A stretch of DNA of 45,268 nucleotides from Candidatus Liptonbacteria bacterium (GCA_016204355.1 JACQKT010000016.1:1-45268), one strand, 5' to 3'. Numbered from the stretch's first letter, positions 6,592-15,603 are shown. Numbers and translations: made by a program. Notes: generated from the letters alone by a model not told the origin.

Positions 6592-8414
6592 ATAATGAAT
6601 CAAAAATTTGCCAGAACTGTAAACAGAACTTCGTAATCGAACCCGAGGACTTCGATTTCTACAAAAAAATCGACGTGCCGCCGCCGACATGGTGCCCGGA
6701 GTGCCGCCTGCAAAGGCGTCTTCTTTTTATGAATGAGCGGACTTTTTATAAGCGCGACTGCGACAAGTGCGGCAAAAACGTTATCTCGATGTTCCCCGCC
6801 GGCAGCCACAAAAAAGTTTATTGCTCGCCCTGCTGGTGGTCTGATGACTGGGGCGCGGAAGAATACGCCCACGACTACGATTTTTCAAAGACTTTTTTTC
6901 GGCAATTCGCGGAGCTCTACGCCGAAGTCCCGGAAATGGCTAGAATAGTGAACGAAAGCTCTCTGGTCAGAAGTGATTATTCCAATATTTCCGGATACCT
7001 AAAGGACTGTTACTTGGTTCTGAATTCCGACTACTGTGAAGAGTGTTCATACTGCGAATTCCTGGAGCAAAGCAAATCATGTTTGGACGTCACACACGCC
7101 CTTTCCTGCGAAAAGTGCTATAACGCCATAAATTGTTACAAATGTTACGGGAGCACGAACCTGTTCAACTGCGACGAGTGCGTCAACGTTCACTTCTCAC
7201 GCGGTTTGAGCGGGTGCTCCGATTGTTTCGGATGCATCGGGCTTAAAGGAAAAAAGTACTATTTTTTCAACGAACCGCTTACCGAAGAAGAATACAAAAA
7301 GAAGTTCGCCGAATGGAACGAAGGTTCTTATTCGCGCCGCGTAGAAATTGAAAAAAAATTGGCGGAAACCGCGCTGAATTACCCTTACAGATACATGACC
7401 CAATCAAGGAACTCGAATGTCACCGGAGATTTCATTTTTTGGTCAAAAAACGTTTTTAACAGTTACGAAGTTATAAGCACGGAAGATTCCAGGTTTTGCC
7501 ACTTCCTGACGTTTCCGGTTAAAACGGCGGATTCGTACGACTTCACGATGTGGGGCGGCGGAGTCGAAAGAACATACGAATGTATGGCAACCGGGGGCGG
7601 CCAGCGCGATGTCAGATTTTGTTTTATGTCGTGGTCGCAGTCTCTAAATTTGGAGTACTGCTGGTATGTCAGCAATACGAGAAACGCCAATCTTTTCGGC
7701 TGCGTCGGTCTCCGCAACAAGGAATACTGTATATTGAATAAGCAATACACAAAGGAAGAATATGAAAAATTAGTGCCTCGCATCATAGAGCATATGAATT
7801 CCATGCCTTACACCGACGCGAAGGGGAGAATATACAAGTACGGAGAATTTTTCCCTCCCGAACTCTCGCCTTTTTCTTACAACGAAGCGTTTGTCCAAGG
7901 ATATTTTCCTTTGACAAAAAAACAAGCCGAAGAATGCGGGTATAAGTGGAAAGAACCTGAACTAAGGAACTATCGGATAACGGTCACAGCCGACCAGCTA
8001 CCCAACGGCATAAAGGATGTTAAAGACGATATTCTGGAGCAAGTAATAGGCTGTTTGCATGAGAGAAAATGCGACGAACAGTGCACCGAGGCGTTCAAGA
8101 TAATTCCGAGCGAACTGGAGTTTTATCGCGCGATGAAAATTCCCTTGCCGCGTCTGTGCCCTAATTGCAGGCACCGCCAAAGGATAAAGAAAAGAAATCC
8201 AATAAAGCTTTGGCATGGTAAATGCCAATGCGTCGGCAGCACGCAGACCAACACGGACTCCACGCGGAATAACGCAGACACGCCGCGCTATCGCAATGCC
8301 ACACCGCATTTCCATGGCGACAATCCTTGCCCCAATGAATTCGAAACATCATACTCGCCGGAACGATCTGAAATAATTTACTGCGAGCAGTGCTACAATA
8401 GTGAAGTTGCGTAA
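6588..8414 (+). CDS. Large Cys-rich zinc-ribbon protein (608 aa), function unknown
   Basis: The N-terminal module CQNC...FYKKIDVPPPTWCPECRLQRR is echoed near the C-terminus (FYRAMKIPLPRLCPNCRHRQR ... YCEQCY). The central region is packed with Cys pairs (CEECSYCEF, CEKCYNAINCYKCYG, CDECVNV, CSDCFGCIG). Confidence 0.7.
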   Translation: MNNESKICQNCKQNFVIEPEDFDFYKKIDVPPPTWCPECRLQRRLLFMNERTFYKRDCDKCGKNVISMFPAGSHKKVYCSPCWWSDDWGAEEYAHDYDFSKTFFRQFAELYAEVPEMARIVNESSLVRSDYSNISGYLKDCYLVLNSDYCEECSYCEFLEQSKSCLDVTHALSCEKCYNAINCYKCYGSTNLFNCDECVNVHFSRGLSGCSDCFGCIGLKGKKYYFFNEPLTEEEYKKKFAEWNEGSYSRRVEIEKKLAETALNYPYRYMTQSRNSNVTGDFIFWSKNVFNSYEVISTEDSRFCHFLTFPVKTADSYDFTMWGGGVERTYECMATGGGQRDVRFCFMSWSQSLNLEYCWYVSNTRNANLFGCVGLRNKEYCILNKQYTKEEYEKLVPRIIEHMNSMPYTDAKGRIYKYGEFFPPELSPFSYNEAFVQGYFPLTKKQAEECGYKWKEPELRNYRITVTADQLPNGIKDVKDDILEQVIGCLHERKCDEQCTEAFKIIPSELEFYRAMKIPLPRLCPNCRHRQRIKKRNPIKLWHGKCQCVGSTQTNTDSTRNNADTPRYRNATPHFHGDNPCPNEFETSYSPERSEIIYCEQCYNSEVA

Positions 8415-8420
8415 TACGAA

Positions 8421-9320
8421 ATGAAGACCCTCCTTTTAATAGACGCCAATTCCATAATCCACCGCTGTTTTCACGCCTTGCCGAAATTCACGACTCCCGA
8501 CGGCAAGCCGAGCGGCGCGCTTTACGGCCTGGCGAGCGTACTTCTTAAAATTTTCCGCGAGGACAAGCCGGATTACGCCGCAGCTCTTTTCGACAGGCCC
8601 GAGCCGACATTCCGCGACAAAATATACAAAGAGTACAAAGCCCAGCGTCCGCCGACAGAGGACATTTTAATTTCCCAGCTCATCGAGGCGCCGAAACTTT
8701 TTGAAAAATTCGGGGTAAAGCCGCTGGACAAAGCCGGCTTCGAGGCGGATGACCTTATCGCCACGCTCGCGGAGAAGTTCAAAAATGACGCCAAAGTAAT
8801 AATAATGACCGGCGATATGGACACGCTCCAAATGGTAAGCGACGGGAAAATAACGGTGCGGGCTTTCAAAAAGGGAATCAGCGAAACAATCGATTACGAC
8901 GAAGCCGCCGTAAAAAACAAATACGGTCTCGAACCAAGCCAACTTGTCGATTACAAGGCCCTGGTCGGCGACAACTCCGACAACATCAAAGGCGTTCCGG
9001 GAATCGGCCCGAAAACAGCCGTCGGCATAATTCATAAATTCGGGCGGCTTGAAAAAGCGTACGATGACCTCGAAGTTTTGCCGGAAAAAGTAAGGGGAAA
9101 GTTGGCCGCATCGAAAGAACAAGCCGAGCTTTCAAAAAAACTGGTGACGCTCGACAGGAATGTGCCGGTCGGGGAAGTGACGCTACAAGATTTATCTGCC
9201 GAGATGAAGCAGGATGAGCTCGCGGATTATTTCGGGAAAATGGGATTCAGAACTCTTTCTAAAAGACTGGATAACGACAACGATCTCGCCCGCGCCGGCT
9301 CGCAGGGAGAAATTTTTTAA
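8421..9320 (+). CDS. Stand-alone 5'-3' exonuclease / flap endonuclease (Pol I N-terminal domain homolog)
   Basis: LLLIDANSIIHRCFHA, EYKAQRPP, FEADDLIATLA, LVGDNSDNIKGVPGIGPKTA (H3TH motif). There is no polymerase domain. Confidence 0.9.
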   Translation: MKTLLLIDANSIIHRCFHALPKFTTPDGKPSGALYGLASVLLKIFREDKPDYAAALFDRPEPTFRDKIYKEYKAQRPPTEDILISQLIEAPKLFEKFGVKPLDKAGFEADDLIATLAEKFKNDAKVIIMTGDMDTLQMVSDGKITVRAFKKGISETIDYDEAAVKNKYGLEPSQLVDYKALVGDNSDNIKGVPGIGPKTAVGIIHKFGRLEKAYDDLEVLPEKVRGKLAASKEQAELSKKLVTLDRNVPVGEVTLQDLSAEMKQDELADYFGKMGFRTLSKRLDNDNDLARAGSQGEIF

Positions 9321-9332
9321 ATTCTTCACCGG

Positions 9333-9341
9333 TGGTATAAT
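9333..9341 (+). promoter_or_regulatory. Extended -10 element (TGgTATAAT) upstream of the histidine kinase
   Basis: tggtataat lies 27 nt before the ATG at 9369, with a GAGG SD in between. Confidence 0.5.
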
Positions 9342-9368
9342 TTCACGGAGTAATTTCGAGGTTAATCA

Positions 9369-10670
9369 ATGCCAAATCTGAAATTTTTTCTTCTTTCCTT
9401 CCTCCCCGCGGCGGGCGCGATTCTGATATCTTTTTTCTTTTTGCCGCCGGTATGGTTCGTCACTGCAACAATTCTAATCGTCATTTTACTCGGACTTTCA
9501 TTTGCCCCGACAGTGCTTTCCGGAATGCAAAAAGCGGAACTTCCCGTTGATGAGCAGACAGGAGATGTAGAATTGCAATCCATTCTCAACAATTTCGGCG
9601 ACGCGCTTCTGATATACGACGAAAATTTCAAAGTAATTTTTTTCAACATCGCGGCCGAGAAACTTTTCTCGGTGCCGTCGGAGCTGGCTATCGGGATAAC
9701 AATCCGCCCGGAATTCGTCGACGATCCCAAATTGAAAGTTCTTACACGGGTGGTCTTCCCAACTCTTTCGCCCATAATGATCCCGCGTTCTCCAGCGGGA
9801 ACGTGGCCGCAGATAGTAGACCTGTCTTTTTCGGAACCACAACTGGATCTCCGCGTTAGCACGTCGCAGCTCGCTAGGGAATCAGGGGGCCCGACAAGAT
9901 TTCTGAAAATCATCCAAAATAGGACGCACGAGGTGGAGCTTCTCAAGATAAAGAGCGATTTCGTGACGGTCGCTTCCCATCAGCTGAAAACTCCCCTGAC
10001 AAACATAAACTGGGCGCTGGAATCGTTAAAAAAAGATAATACACTGAATAATTCGGACAAAGAAATAGTTGAGAGCGCTTTTGAGGCAAGCAAATTTTTG
10101 TCGGAGATAGTGGAAAGCCTGCTTAATATCGCAAAAATCGAAGAGGGCCGTTTCGGCTATGATTTTCAAAGAGCCGACATAGTCGAATTCCTTAATAGAA
10201 TTCTCGGGCAGGCCTTGACGCAGGCAAATAAAGCCGGCGTCAGGATTTATTTCGACAAGCCCAAAACGGCACTGCCGCCCGTCTTCATCGACGAAAAAAG
10301 ACTGACGCTTGCTGTCGCGAATATACTGGATAATGCGATACGTTATAACGTTAAAAACGGAGAAGTCATAGTAAAAGCAGCACCGGCCGACGGAAAGCCG
10401 TTCGTCGAAGTAAGCATAAAGGACACGGGCATAGGAATTCCGCAAGAAGAGATGAGCAAGCTTTTCAGCAAATTTTTCAGGGCGGAAAACGCGATAAAAT
10501 TCCAGACGGAAGGAACCGGCCTTGGTTTGTACATATCCAAAAATATAGTGGAGGCGCACGGAGGGGAAATACGCGTCGAATCCGAGATAAATCGCGGCAC
10601 GACTTTCTATTTCACTCTGCCAACGGACGAATCGCTCGTTCCCAAAAAAGAAATTCCCCAGGAAGGATAA
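9369..10670 (+). CDS. Sensor histidine kinase (2 TM, PAS-like, HisKA, HATPase_c); no response regulator in the window
   Basis: H-box FVTVASHQLKTPLT, N-box NILDNAIRYN, G-boxes IKDTGIGIP and GTGLGLYISK. Confidence 0.9.
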   Translation: MPNLKFFLLSFLPAAGAILISFFFLPPVWFVTATILIVILLGLSFAPTVLSGMQKAELPVDEQTGDVELQSILNNFGDALLIYDENFKVIFFNIAAEKLFSVPSELAIGITIRPEFVDDPKLKVLTRVVFPTLSPIMIPRSPAGTWPQIVDLSFSEPQLDLRVSTSQLARESGGPTRFLKIIQNRTHEVELLKIKSDFVTVASHQLKTPLTNINWALESLKKDNTLNNSDKEIVESAFEASKFLSEIVESLLNIAKIEEGRFGYDFQRADIVEFLNRILGQALTQANKAGVRIYFDKPKTALPPVFIDEKRLTLAVANILDNAIRYNVKNGEVIVKAAPADGKPFVEVSIKDTGIGIPQEEMSKLFSKFFRAENAIKFQTEGTGLGLYISKNIVEAHGGEIRVESEINRGTTFYFTLPTDESLVPKKEIPQEG

Positions 10671-11455
10671 TGCCCGAGTTGCCGGAGGTGGAAACAATTA
10701 TACGTGAGCTCAGAGCTAAAATTTCCGGTAAAGAGCTAAGGGAACTTTTTATTTTCGACAAACGCATCGGCCGTTTGCGCGTGTCACTGCCGCTGAAAAT
10801 AACAGGCGTCGATCGCCATGGGAAATTTATCGTTATCCACTCGTCGCGCGGAAAAATTTTGCTGCACTTGCGGATGAGTGGGAGGTTGCAATTTTCGGAG
10901 AAGGGAAAATCTAAGAGATCTCATAAAAGCGAGAGAGCGATTTTCGTTTTTGGCGACGGTTCGGTTTTGAAATTTTTCGACCCGCGCAGGTTCGGGACAA
11001 TCGAATGGCGTAAAGGTAAATTGCCGGAACTGGGTTTGAATCCGCTCGGTCCGGAATTCACTTACAAAAATTTCCGGGATATCCTCCATTCGCGCTCGCG
11101 CACAATAAAAAACCTGCTTTTGGACCAGAAAATCGTCGCAGGCTTGGGAAACATATACGTCGACGAAAGCTTGTGGTTCGCAAAAATAAACCCCCGGCGC
11201 AAGAGCGATTCGTTTTCCGATATGGAAATTAAACGACTAAGAACGGCCATTGTTCAAGTTTTGAAAGAAGCCATAAGGCGGGGAGGATTTACCCTGCGTG
11301 ACTACAAGAAAACGACCGGAAAGAAAGGGAGCTACCAACTGTTCAGAAAAGCGTATAGCCGCGAGGGGTTGCCTTGTTCCCGTTGTCGGAGCAGAATAAA
11401 GAGGATAAAAATCGGAGGACGAGGCACCTATTTTTGTCCGAAATGCCAAGCATGA
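10670..11455 (+). CDS. mutM: Formamidopyrimidine-DNA glycosylase (Fpg/MutM)
   Basis: MPELPEVETI N-terminus and C-terminal zinc finger CSRCRSRIKRIKIGGRGTYFCPKCQ. Confidence 0.95.
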   Translation: MPELPEVETIIRELRAKISGKELRELFIFDKRIGRLRVSLPLKITGVDRHGKFIVIHSSRGKILLHLRMSGRLQFSEKGKSKRSHKSERAIFVFGDGSVLKFFDPRRFGTIEWRKGKLPELGLNPLGPEFTYKNFRDILHSRSRTIKNLLLDQKIVAGLGNIYVDESLWFAKINPRRKSDSFSDMEIKRLRTAIVQVLKEAIRRGGFTLRDYKKTTGKKGSYQLFRKAYSREGLPCSRCRSRIKRIKIGGRGTYFCPKCQA

Positions 11456-13119
11456 AACATAAAACCGAATATATCTTTGTAGTCGGCGGAGTCATGTCCG
11501 GAGTAGGCAAGGGCATCACTGCCGCATCGATAGCGAAAATAATCCAATCGCGAGGAATCGAAACGACCTCCGTAAAGATCGACCCGTACGTGAACGTAGA
11601 CGCAGGCACGATGAATCCGACCGAGCACGGCGAAGTTTTCGTTCTCGATGACGGAACCGAATGCGACCAGGATATGGGCAATTACGAAAGGTTTTTGAAC
11701 AGAAGTCTGACAAAAACGAATTACATGACGACGGGAAGCGTTTATCTTTCGGTGATACAAAAAGAGCGTAACTTGGAATACGGCGGCAGGCAGGTCGAAG
11801 TGGTGCCGAGAATTCCTCTGGAAGTTCTGGACCGTTTGGAAAGAGCCGCAGCGAAAAACAAAGCGCAGGTCGTTGTGACAGAGATCGGCGGAACTGTGGG
11901 CGAATACGAAAACATTCTTTTTTTGGAAGCGGTCCGCATGCTGAAACTTAAAAATCCCGACGATGTCGCGCTGGTTCTCGTAAGTTTCGTTCCCGCGCTC
12001 GGCGCCGGCGGAACGGAATTGAAAACGAAGCCGACACAACACGCGGTTAGGAGTTTGAATTCCGTCGGACTCCATCCCGATTTCATAATGGCACGCGCAC
12101 ACATGCCTCTCGACAAGAAACGGAAAGAGAAACTGGAATTTATGTGCAGCATCGATAAAGGGAACGTTATTTCCGCTCCCAACGTGGCGAACCTCTACGA
12201 TGTTCCGATAAGTTTCGAAAAAGACAAATTGGGAGAGAAAATTTTGAGCAAACTGAAAATGAAGCCGAGATCGCGGGACATGAAAGAGTGGAAAAAACTT
12301 TCGGAGGCGGCGAAACGAAGCAAGGAAGAGGTCAAAATAGGTATTGTCGGAAAATATTTTGGCAGCGGCGACTTTACGCTTACAGACTCTTATATTTCGG
12401 TGATAGAAGCCGTAAAGCACGCCGCTTATGCGCTTAAGAAAAGGGTTCTTATAGAATGGCTGGATTCGCATGAATTCGAGAAATCCCCTAAATCTCTTAA
12501 AAAACTATCGGATTACGGCGGCGTGATAGTCCCCGGGGGATTTGGCAGCCGCGGCATCGAAGGGAAAATCTCGGCTATACGCTACTGCCGTGAGAATAAA
12601 GTTCCATATTTCGGGCTTTGCTACGGAATGCAGCTCGCCATAGTCGAGTTCGCCCGCGACGTGGTCAAAATGGGAAAGGCGAACACGACAGAAATAAATC
12701 CGAGAACTCCTTTTCCCGTAGTCGATATTTTGGCTGAACAGAAAAAGAACGTGGAAACCAAAAACTACGGCGGCACAATGCGGCTCGGCGCATATCCAGC
12801 GCTTTTGAAAAAGGGAACTATTGCAGAAAAAGCGTACGGTTGCGGCAAAATCTCCGAACGCCACCGCCATCGCTACGAAGTGAACCCCAAATACATCGAA
12901 CGGATGGAGAAAAAAGGACTCGTGTTCTCCGGGATTTCTCCCGACAGGCGCCTGATGGAGATAGCGGAACTGCCGAAATCGACACATCCTTTTTTCCTCG
13001 GAACACAATTCCATCCGGAATTCAAATCCCGCCCGCTTCAGCCGCATCCGCTTTTCGTGGAATTTATAAAGTGTGCTTCATTGCAGAAAAAAACTACGAA
13101 GAACAGGAAAGCCAGATGA
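11452..13119 (+). CDS. pyrG: CTP synthase
   Basis: KYIFVVGGVMSGVGKGI, the glutaminase region GLCYGMQL, and the HRHRYEVN motif. The start was set at MKHKTEY (ATGA overlap with the mutM stop). Confidence 0.95.
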   Translation: MKHKTEYIFVVGGVMSGVGKGITAASIAKIIQSRGIETTSVKIDPYVNVDAGTMNPTEHGEVFVLDDGTECDQDMGNYERFLNRSLTKTNYMTTGSVYLSVIQKERNLEYGGRQVEVVPRIPLEVLDRLERAAAKNKAQVVVTEIGGTVGEYENILFLEAVRMLKLKNPDDVALVLVSFVPALGAGGTELKTKPTQHAVRSLNSVGLHPDFIMARAHMPLDKKRKEKLEFMCSIDKGNVISAPNVANLYDVPISFEKDKLGEKILSKLKMKPRSRDMKEWKKLSEAAKRSKEEVKIGIVGKYFGSGDFTLTDSYISVIEAVKHAAYALKKRVLIEWLDSHEFEKSPKSLKKLSDYGGVIVPGGFGSRGIEGKISAIRYCRENKVPYFGLCYGMQLAIVEFARDVVKMGKANTTEINPRTPFPVVDILAEQKKNVETKNYGGTMRLGAYPALLKKGTIAEKAYGCGKISERHRHRYEVNPKYIERMEKKGLVFSGISPDRRLMEIAELPKSTHPFFLGTQFHPEFKSRPLQPHPLFVEFIKCASLQKKTTKNRKAR

Positions 13120-13457
13120 AAAAAATCAAAACAATCAAAGAAGCGCAGAAATTTCTTAAGGATTTCGCGAAAAACAACGGCTGGAAAGACGAGCCGAATA
13201 TCGACAAGTTCGACCATCTCCACGAGGAATTGATAGAACTGTCGCAACTCCTTCGCTACAAAAGCAGGAAAGAAATGCGAAAAACAATAAAGCAAAACAA
13301 GGCAGAATTCGTTGACGGAGTTGGAGACCTGCTTTTCGGCATTTGCCGTCTCGCCAATCAACTTGGCGTGGACCTTGAGTCGGCATTCAATATCGCCAGC
13401 GAAGATATCGCCAGGCGCTACAAGGGCAGTAAGTCCGAGATAAAACCCAACAAATGA
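13116..13457 (+). CDS. MazG-like nucleotide pyrophosphohydrolase (small all-alpha NTP-PPase)
   Basis: HLHEELIELSQ ... FVDGVGDLLFGICRLANQLGVDLE pattern (EExxE...D). ATGA overlap with the pyrG stop. Confidence 0.65.
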   Translation: MKKIKTIKEAQKFLKDFAKNNGWKDEPNIDKFDHLHEELIELSQLLRYKSRKEMRKTIKQNKAEFVDGVGDLLFGICRLANQLGVDLESAFNIASEDIARRYKGSKSEIKPNK

Positions 13458-14263
13458 TAATTTTCCTTTACGGGCCGGATGAATACAGACGGCTCCAAAA
13501 AAAGAACGAAATAATCGCCGAGTTCCGCAAAAAACACGCCGGAATGGGGCTCGATTATTTCGACGCGGCAGGCAAAGACAGTTTTGCGCGCTTCAGGGAA
13601 TTCGCCGCGAACCAGTCGCTTTTCGACCCGAAAAAACTGGCCGTCCTCGAAAATGTTTTCGAGAGTTCCGAAAAAGAATTGACCGCCGTGCTCAAAGACG
13701 CCGCAAAAGACAAAAATTTGTCCGTTCTGATATCCGAAAAAAACAAATCGAGTGAAAACATTTCTTTTCTCTCGAGAAAATCGACGAGTATAAAATCGCA
13801 GAAATTCGAGTATCTCGGCGGAGCGGAGTGGGCGAAATTCATAAACGACCTGGCAAAAGAAAACGGCCTGTCCATCGAGCCGCTGGCTATAAAGTTTCTC
13901 TCGGCGGCCTATCAGAACGACACATGGCGGCTTGTGACGGAAGTACAGAAGCTCGCAACGCTTCGAAGCCCTGAGCTTGTCGAAGGGCCGAAAAAAAATA
14001 TCGGAACTAAAGACCTTGAAGCGTTGGGATTGGAAATAGGCGAGGATTTTTTCGGAGTTTTGAGAAATCTCAAGAATTACGGGCTCGAAGGTAGGATGGC
14101 GTCGCTCGAAAAGCTTTTTTCCATGAACGAGCCAATGCCGAAAATTTTCAATGTTTTGGCATACCAATTGCCGGATAAGCTGCCCCAGCTCGCGAAATAC
14201 GACATTCTGGTTAAATCGGGAAAACTCGATTACGAGGAAGTTCTGGTGGATTTGGTTATTTGA
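13454..14263 (+). CDS. holA: DNA polymerase III delta subunit (short form)
   Basis: MIIFLYGPDEYRRLQK... is a typical HolA N-terminus, and length and helical C-terminus are consistent. ATGA overlap with the upstream gene. Confidence 0.7.
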   Translation: MIIFLYGPDEYRRLQKKNEIIAEFRKKHAGMGLDYFDAAGKDSFARFREFAANQSLFDPKKLAVLENVFESSEKELTAVLKDAAKDKNLSVLISEKNKSSENISFLSRKSTSIKSQKFEYLGGAEWAKFINDLAKENGLSIEPLAIKFLSAAYQNDTWRLVTEVQKLATLRSPELVEGPKKNIGTKDLEALGLEIGEDFFGVLRNLKNYGLEGRMASLEKLFSMNEPMPKIFNVLAYQLPDKLPQLAKYDILVKSGKLDYEEVLVDLVI

Positions 14264-14285
14264 CCCCCCTTTTTGTTTCAATGAA

Positions 14286-14342
14286 ATCCACAAAATTTAT
14301 TAACAAACCTGACGATCGTCATGTTTGTTAACAAATGTGGAT
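14286..14342. promoter_or_regulatory. 57-bp nested palindrome between holA and a small orphan ORF
   Basis: ATCCACA..TTAACAAAC-C-TGACGATCGTCA-T-GTTTGTTAA..TGTGGAT. The TGACGATCGTCA core is a perfect palindrome, and the 9-bp and 7-bp outer arms are complementary. Confidence 0.7.
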
Positions 14343-14417
14343 TTCTCGGATTTTCCGGAGTGATAAAATTAATCTGTAGGTCGCAACTTGACTCGATATC
14401 ACGGAAAGGAGAGCGCC

Positions 14418-14675
14418 ATGCCTCAACAACCCATGCATCAATACGTGTTGGATTTGCGGGAAGGATACAGGGGCAGGACCGAGCCGGAATCGGTTGTTTT
14501 CGTTCTCAGGGACGACGATACCGCCTTCAAGCTGATTGCCGAATCTTTCGGCGCCGAGCTGATTGACGGAAAACTCAGCGAAGAAGATTTCCGCGCTTTC
14601 GGAGCAAAGCAGCTGACCAGGGACGGCAAAGTAATATTCCCGCCGCCAGCTCCAGCGAAAGCCACGATGCACTGA
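14418..14675 (+). CDS. Hypothetical small protein (85 aa)
   Basis: GGAAAGGAG SD before the ATG at 14418. TGaTAAAAT extended -10 at 14361-14369. Followed by a hairpin (14716-14753) and a bidirectional terminator. No family recognised. Confidence 0.55.
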   Translation: MPQQPMHQYVLDLREGYRGRTEPESVVFVLRDDDTAFKLIAESFGAELIDGKLSEEDFRAFGAKQLTRDGKVIFPPPAPAKATMH

Positions 14676-14755
14676 CAACGAGGGCGCGCAGCAGTTTTCA
14701 CCGCTGTGCCGCCCCTCACCTAAGTTCGGTATCAGATAGTGGATTCAGGTGAGAC

Positions 14756-14792
14756 AAAACAAAAACGGCATTTAATGCCGTTTTTGTTTTTT
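14756..14792. terminator. Bidirectional rho-independent terminator (orphan ORF / rpsT)
   Basis: AAAACAAAAA-CGGCAT-TTA-ATGCCG-TTTTTGTTTTTT, with A-run and T-run flanks on both sides. Confidence 0.8.
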
Positions 14793-14802
14793 GAAGACCG
14801 GA

Positions 14803-15075
14803 TTATTTTTTTAGTGCTTTGGCGAGACGGGATTTAATGCGGGCCGCTTTGTTTGCTTTAATCGCTCCTGTTTTCGCAGCTTTGTCGAGCGCCTTGTAGG
14901 CAGCGGCGAGTTTCGCTCTTGCCTCGCCTGCCTGCGCAGGCAGGTCCATTTTGGCGGCAACAAGTTTTTTGTATGTTTTGACAGCGCTCTTGTAGGCGTC
15001 TCTCTGTTCCACGTTTTTAACTTTCCGGCGGACACTCTGTCTCAGGGCTTTTTTGGCGCTTCTTGTGATTGGCAT
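14803..15075 (-). CDS. rpsT: 30S ribosomal protein S20
   Basis: MPITRSAKKALRQSVRRKVKN... is the S20 N-terminus. The start was set at the ATG at 15075; the ORF track begins at an upstream TTG. Confidence 0.9.
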   Translation of the reverse strand: MPITRSAKKALRQSVRRKVKNVEQRDAYKSAVKTYKKLVAAKMDLPAQAGEARAKLAAAYKALDKAAKTGAIKANKAARIKSRLAKALKK

Positions 15076-15087
15076 TTTTGTCAAAGG

Positions 15088-15116
15088 ATTTTAGCAGTTA
15101 GTTTTGGTATTTGCAA
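15088..15116 (-). promoter_or_regulatory. rpsT promoter
   Basis: Minus strand reads TTGCAA-17 nt-TAAAAT with TGc immediately before the -10 (extended -10). The -10 box ends 12 nt before the ATG. Confidence 0.65.
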
Positions 15117-15143
15117 GAAATAACCAGAACCTTATCAGCTCAG

Positions 15144-15175
15144 TGTCAATTCTTCGCCGAGGCGAAGAATTGACA
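15144..15175. promoter_or_regulatory. Perfect inverted repeat (15-bp arms, 2-nt spacer), operator-like
   Basis: TGTCAATTCTTCGCC-GA-GGCGAAGAATTGACA. Each arm ends in a TTGACA hexamer, one per strand. It sits between rpsT and the 15265 ORF. Confidence 0.7.
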
Positions 15176-15264
15176 ACAAACAGCCCGGCATTTAACCTTT
15201 TAAAAGTAAAAGGCTTCCTCCACGCCTCAAGTGGACAAACCAAGTCAAGAACGGAGATTGTTTC

Positions 15265-15573
15265 ATGAAGGTCACCAATAGGGCTTCTCACGATGTAGTT
15301 GCATTCTGGTGGGACAGCAAGAAGGGTTACGGGGATGATGTCCTTGTTCCCGCCGGGCAGACCGTAGAAATTGACGGTCCCGCAATCTCGACAAAGGAGA
15401 TTGTTTGTCACGAGGGGCATGACAGCAAGCGCGAATTCCGCATCAGAAAAGGAGTTCAGCTTGTCGTTGGCAGCAGGTGCGGCGTTATCATTCGCCATCA
15501 CGCCGACAAGCCGGAACATTACGTCACACTTTGGCGGAGCAGACAAAAATCTCTCCTGCACAGGGTGTCATAA
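15265..15573 (+). CDS. Hypothetical small protein (102 aa)
   Basis: A GGAG SD lies 8 nt before the ATG and a plus-strand terminator follows. This frame was preferred over the overlapping minus ORF 15091..15561, which lacks an SD and would contain the 15144 palindrome. Confidence 0.5.
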   Translation: MKVTNRASHDVVAFWWDSKKGYGDDVLVPAGQTVEIDGPAISTKEIVCHEGHDSKREFRIRKGVQLVVGSRCGVIIRHHADKPEHYVTLWRSRQKSLLHRVS

Positions 15574-15603
15574 AAACAAGGAAGCGCGAGGCATTCCCGA
15601 ATC

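Noticed and set aside
15091-15561. 156-aa minus-strand ORF overlapping the 15265 plus ORF
   Set aside because: It has a GTG start without an SD and would run through the 32-bp perfect palindrome and into the rpsT promoter. The plus-strand ORF has a GGAG SD and a plus-oriented terminator. The call remains uncertain.
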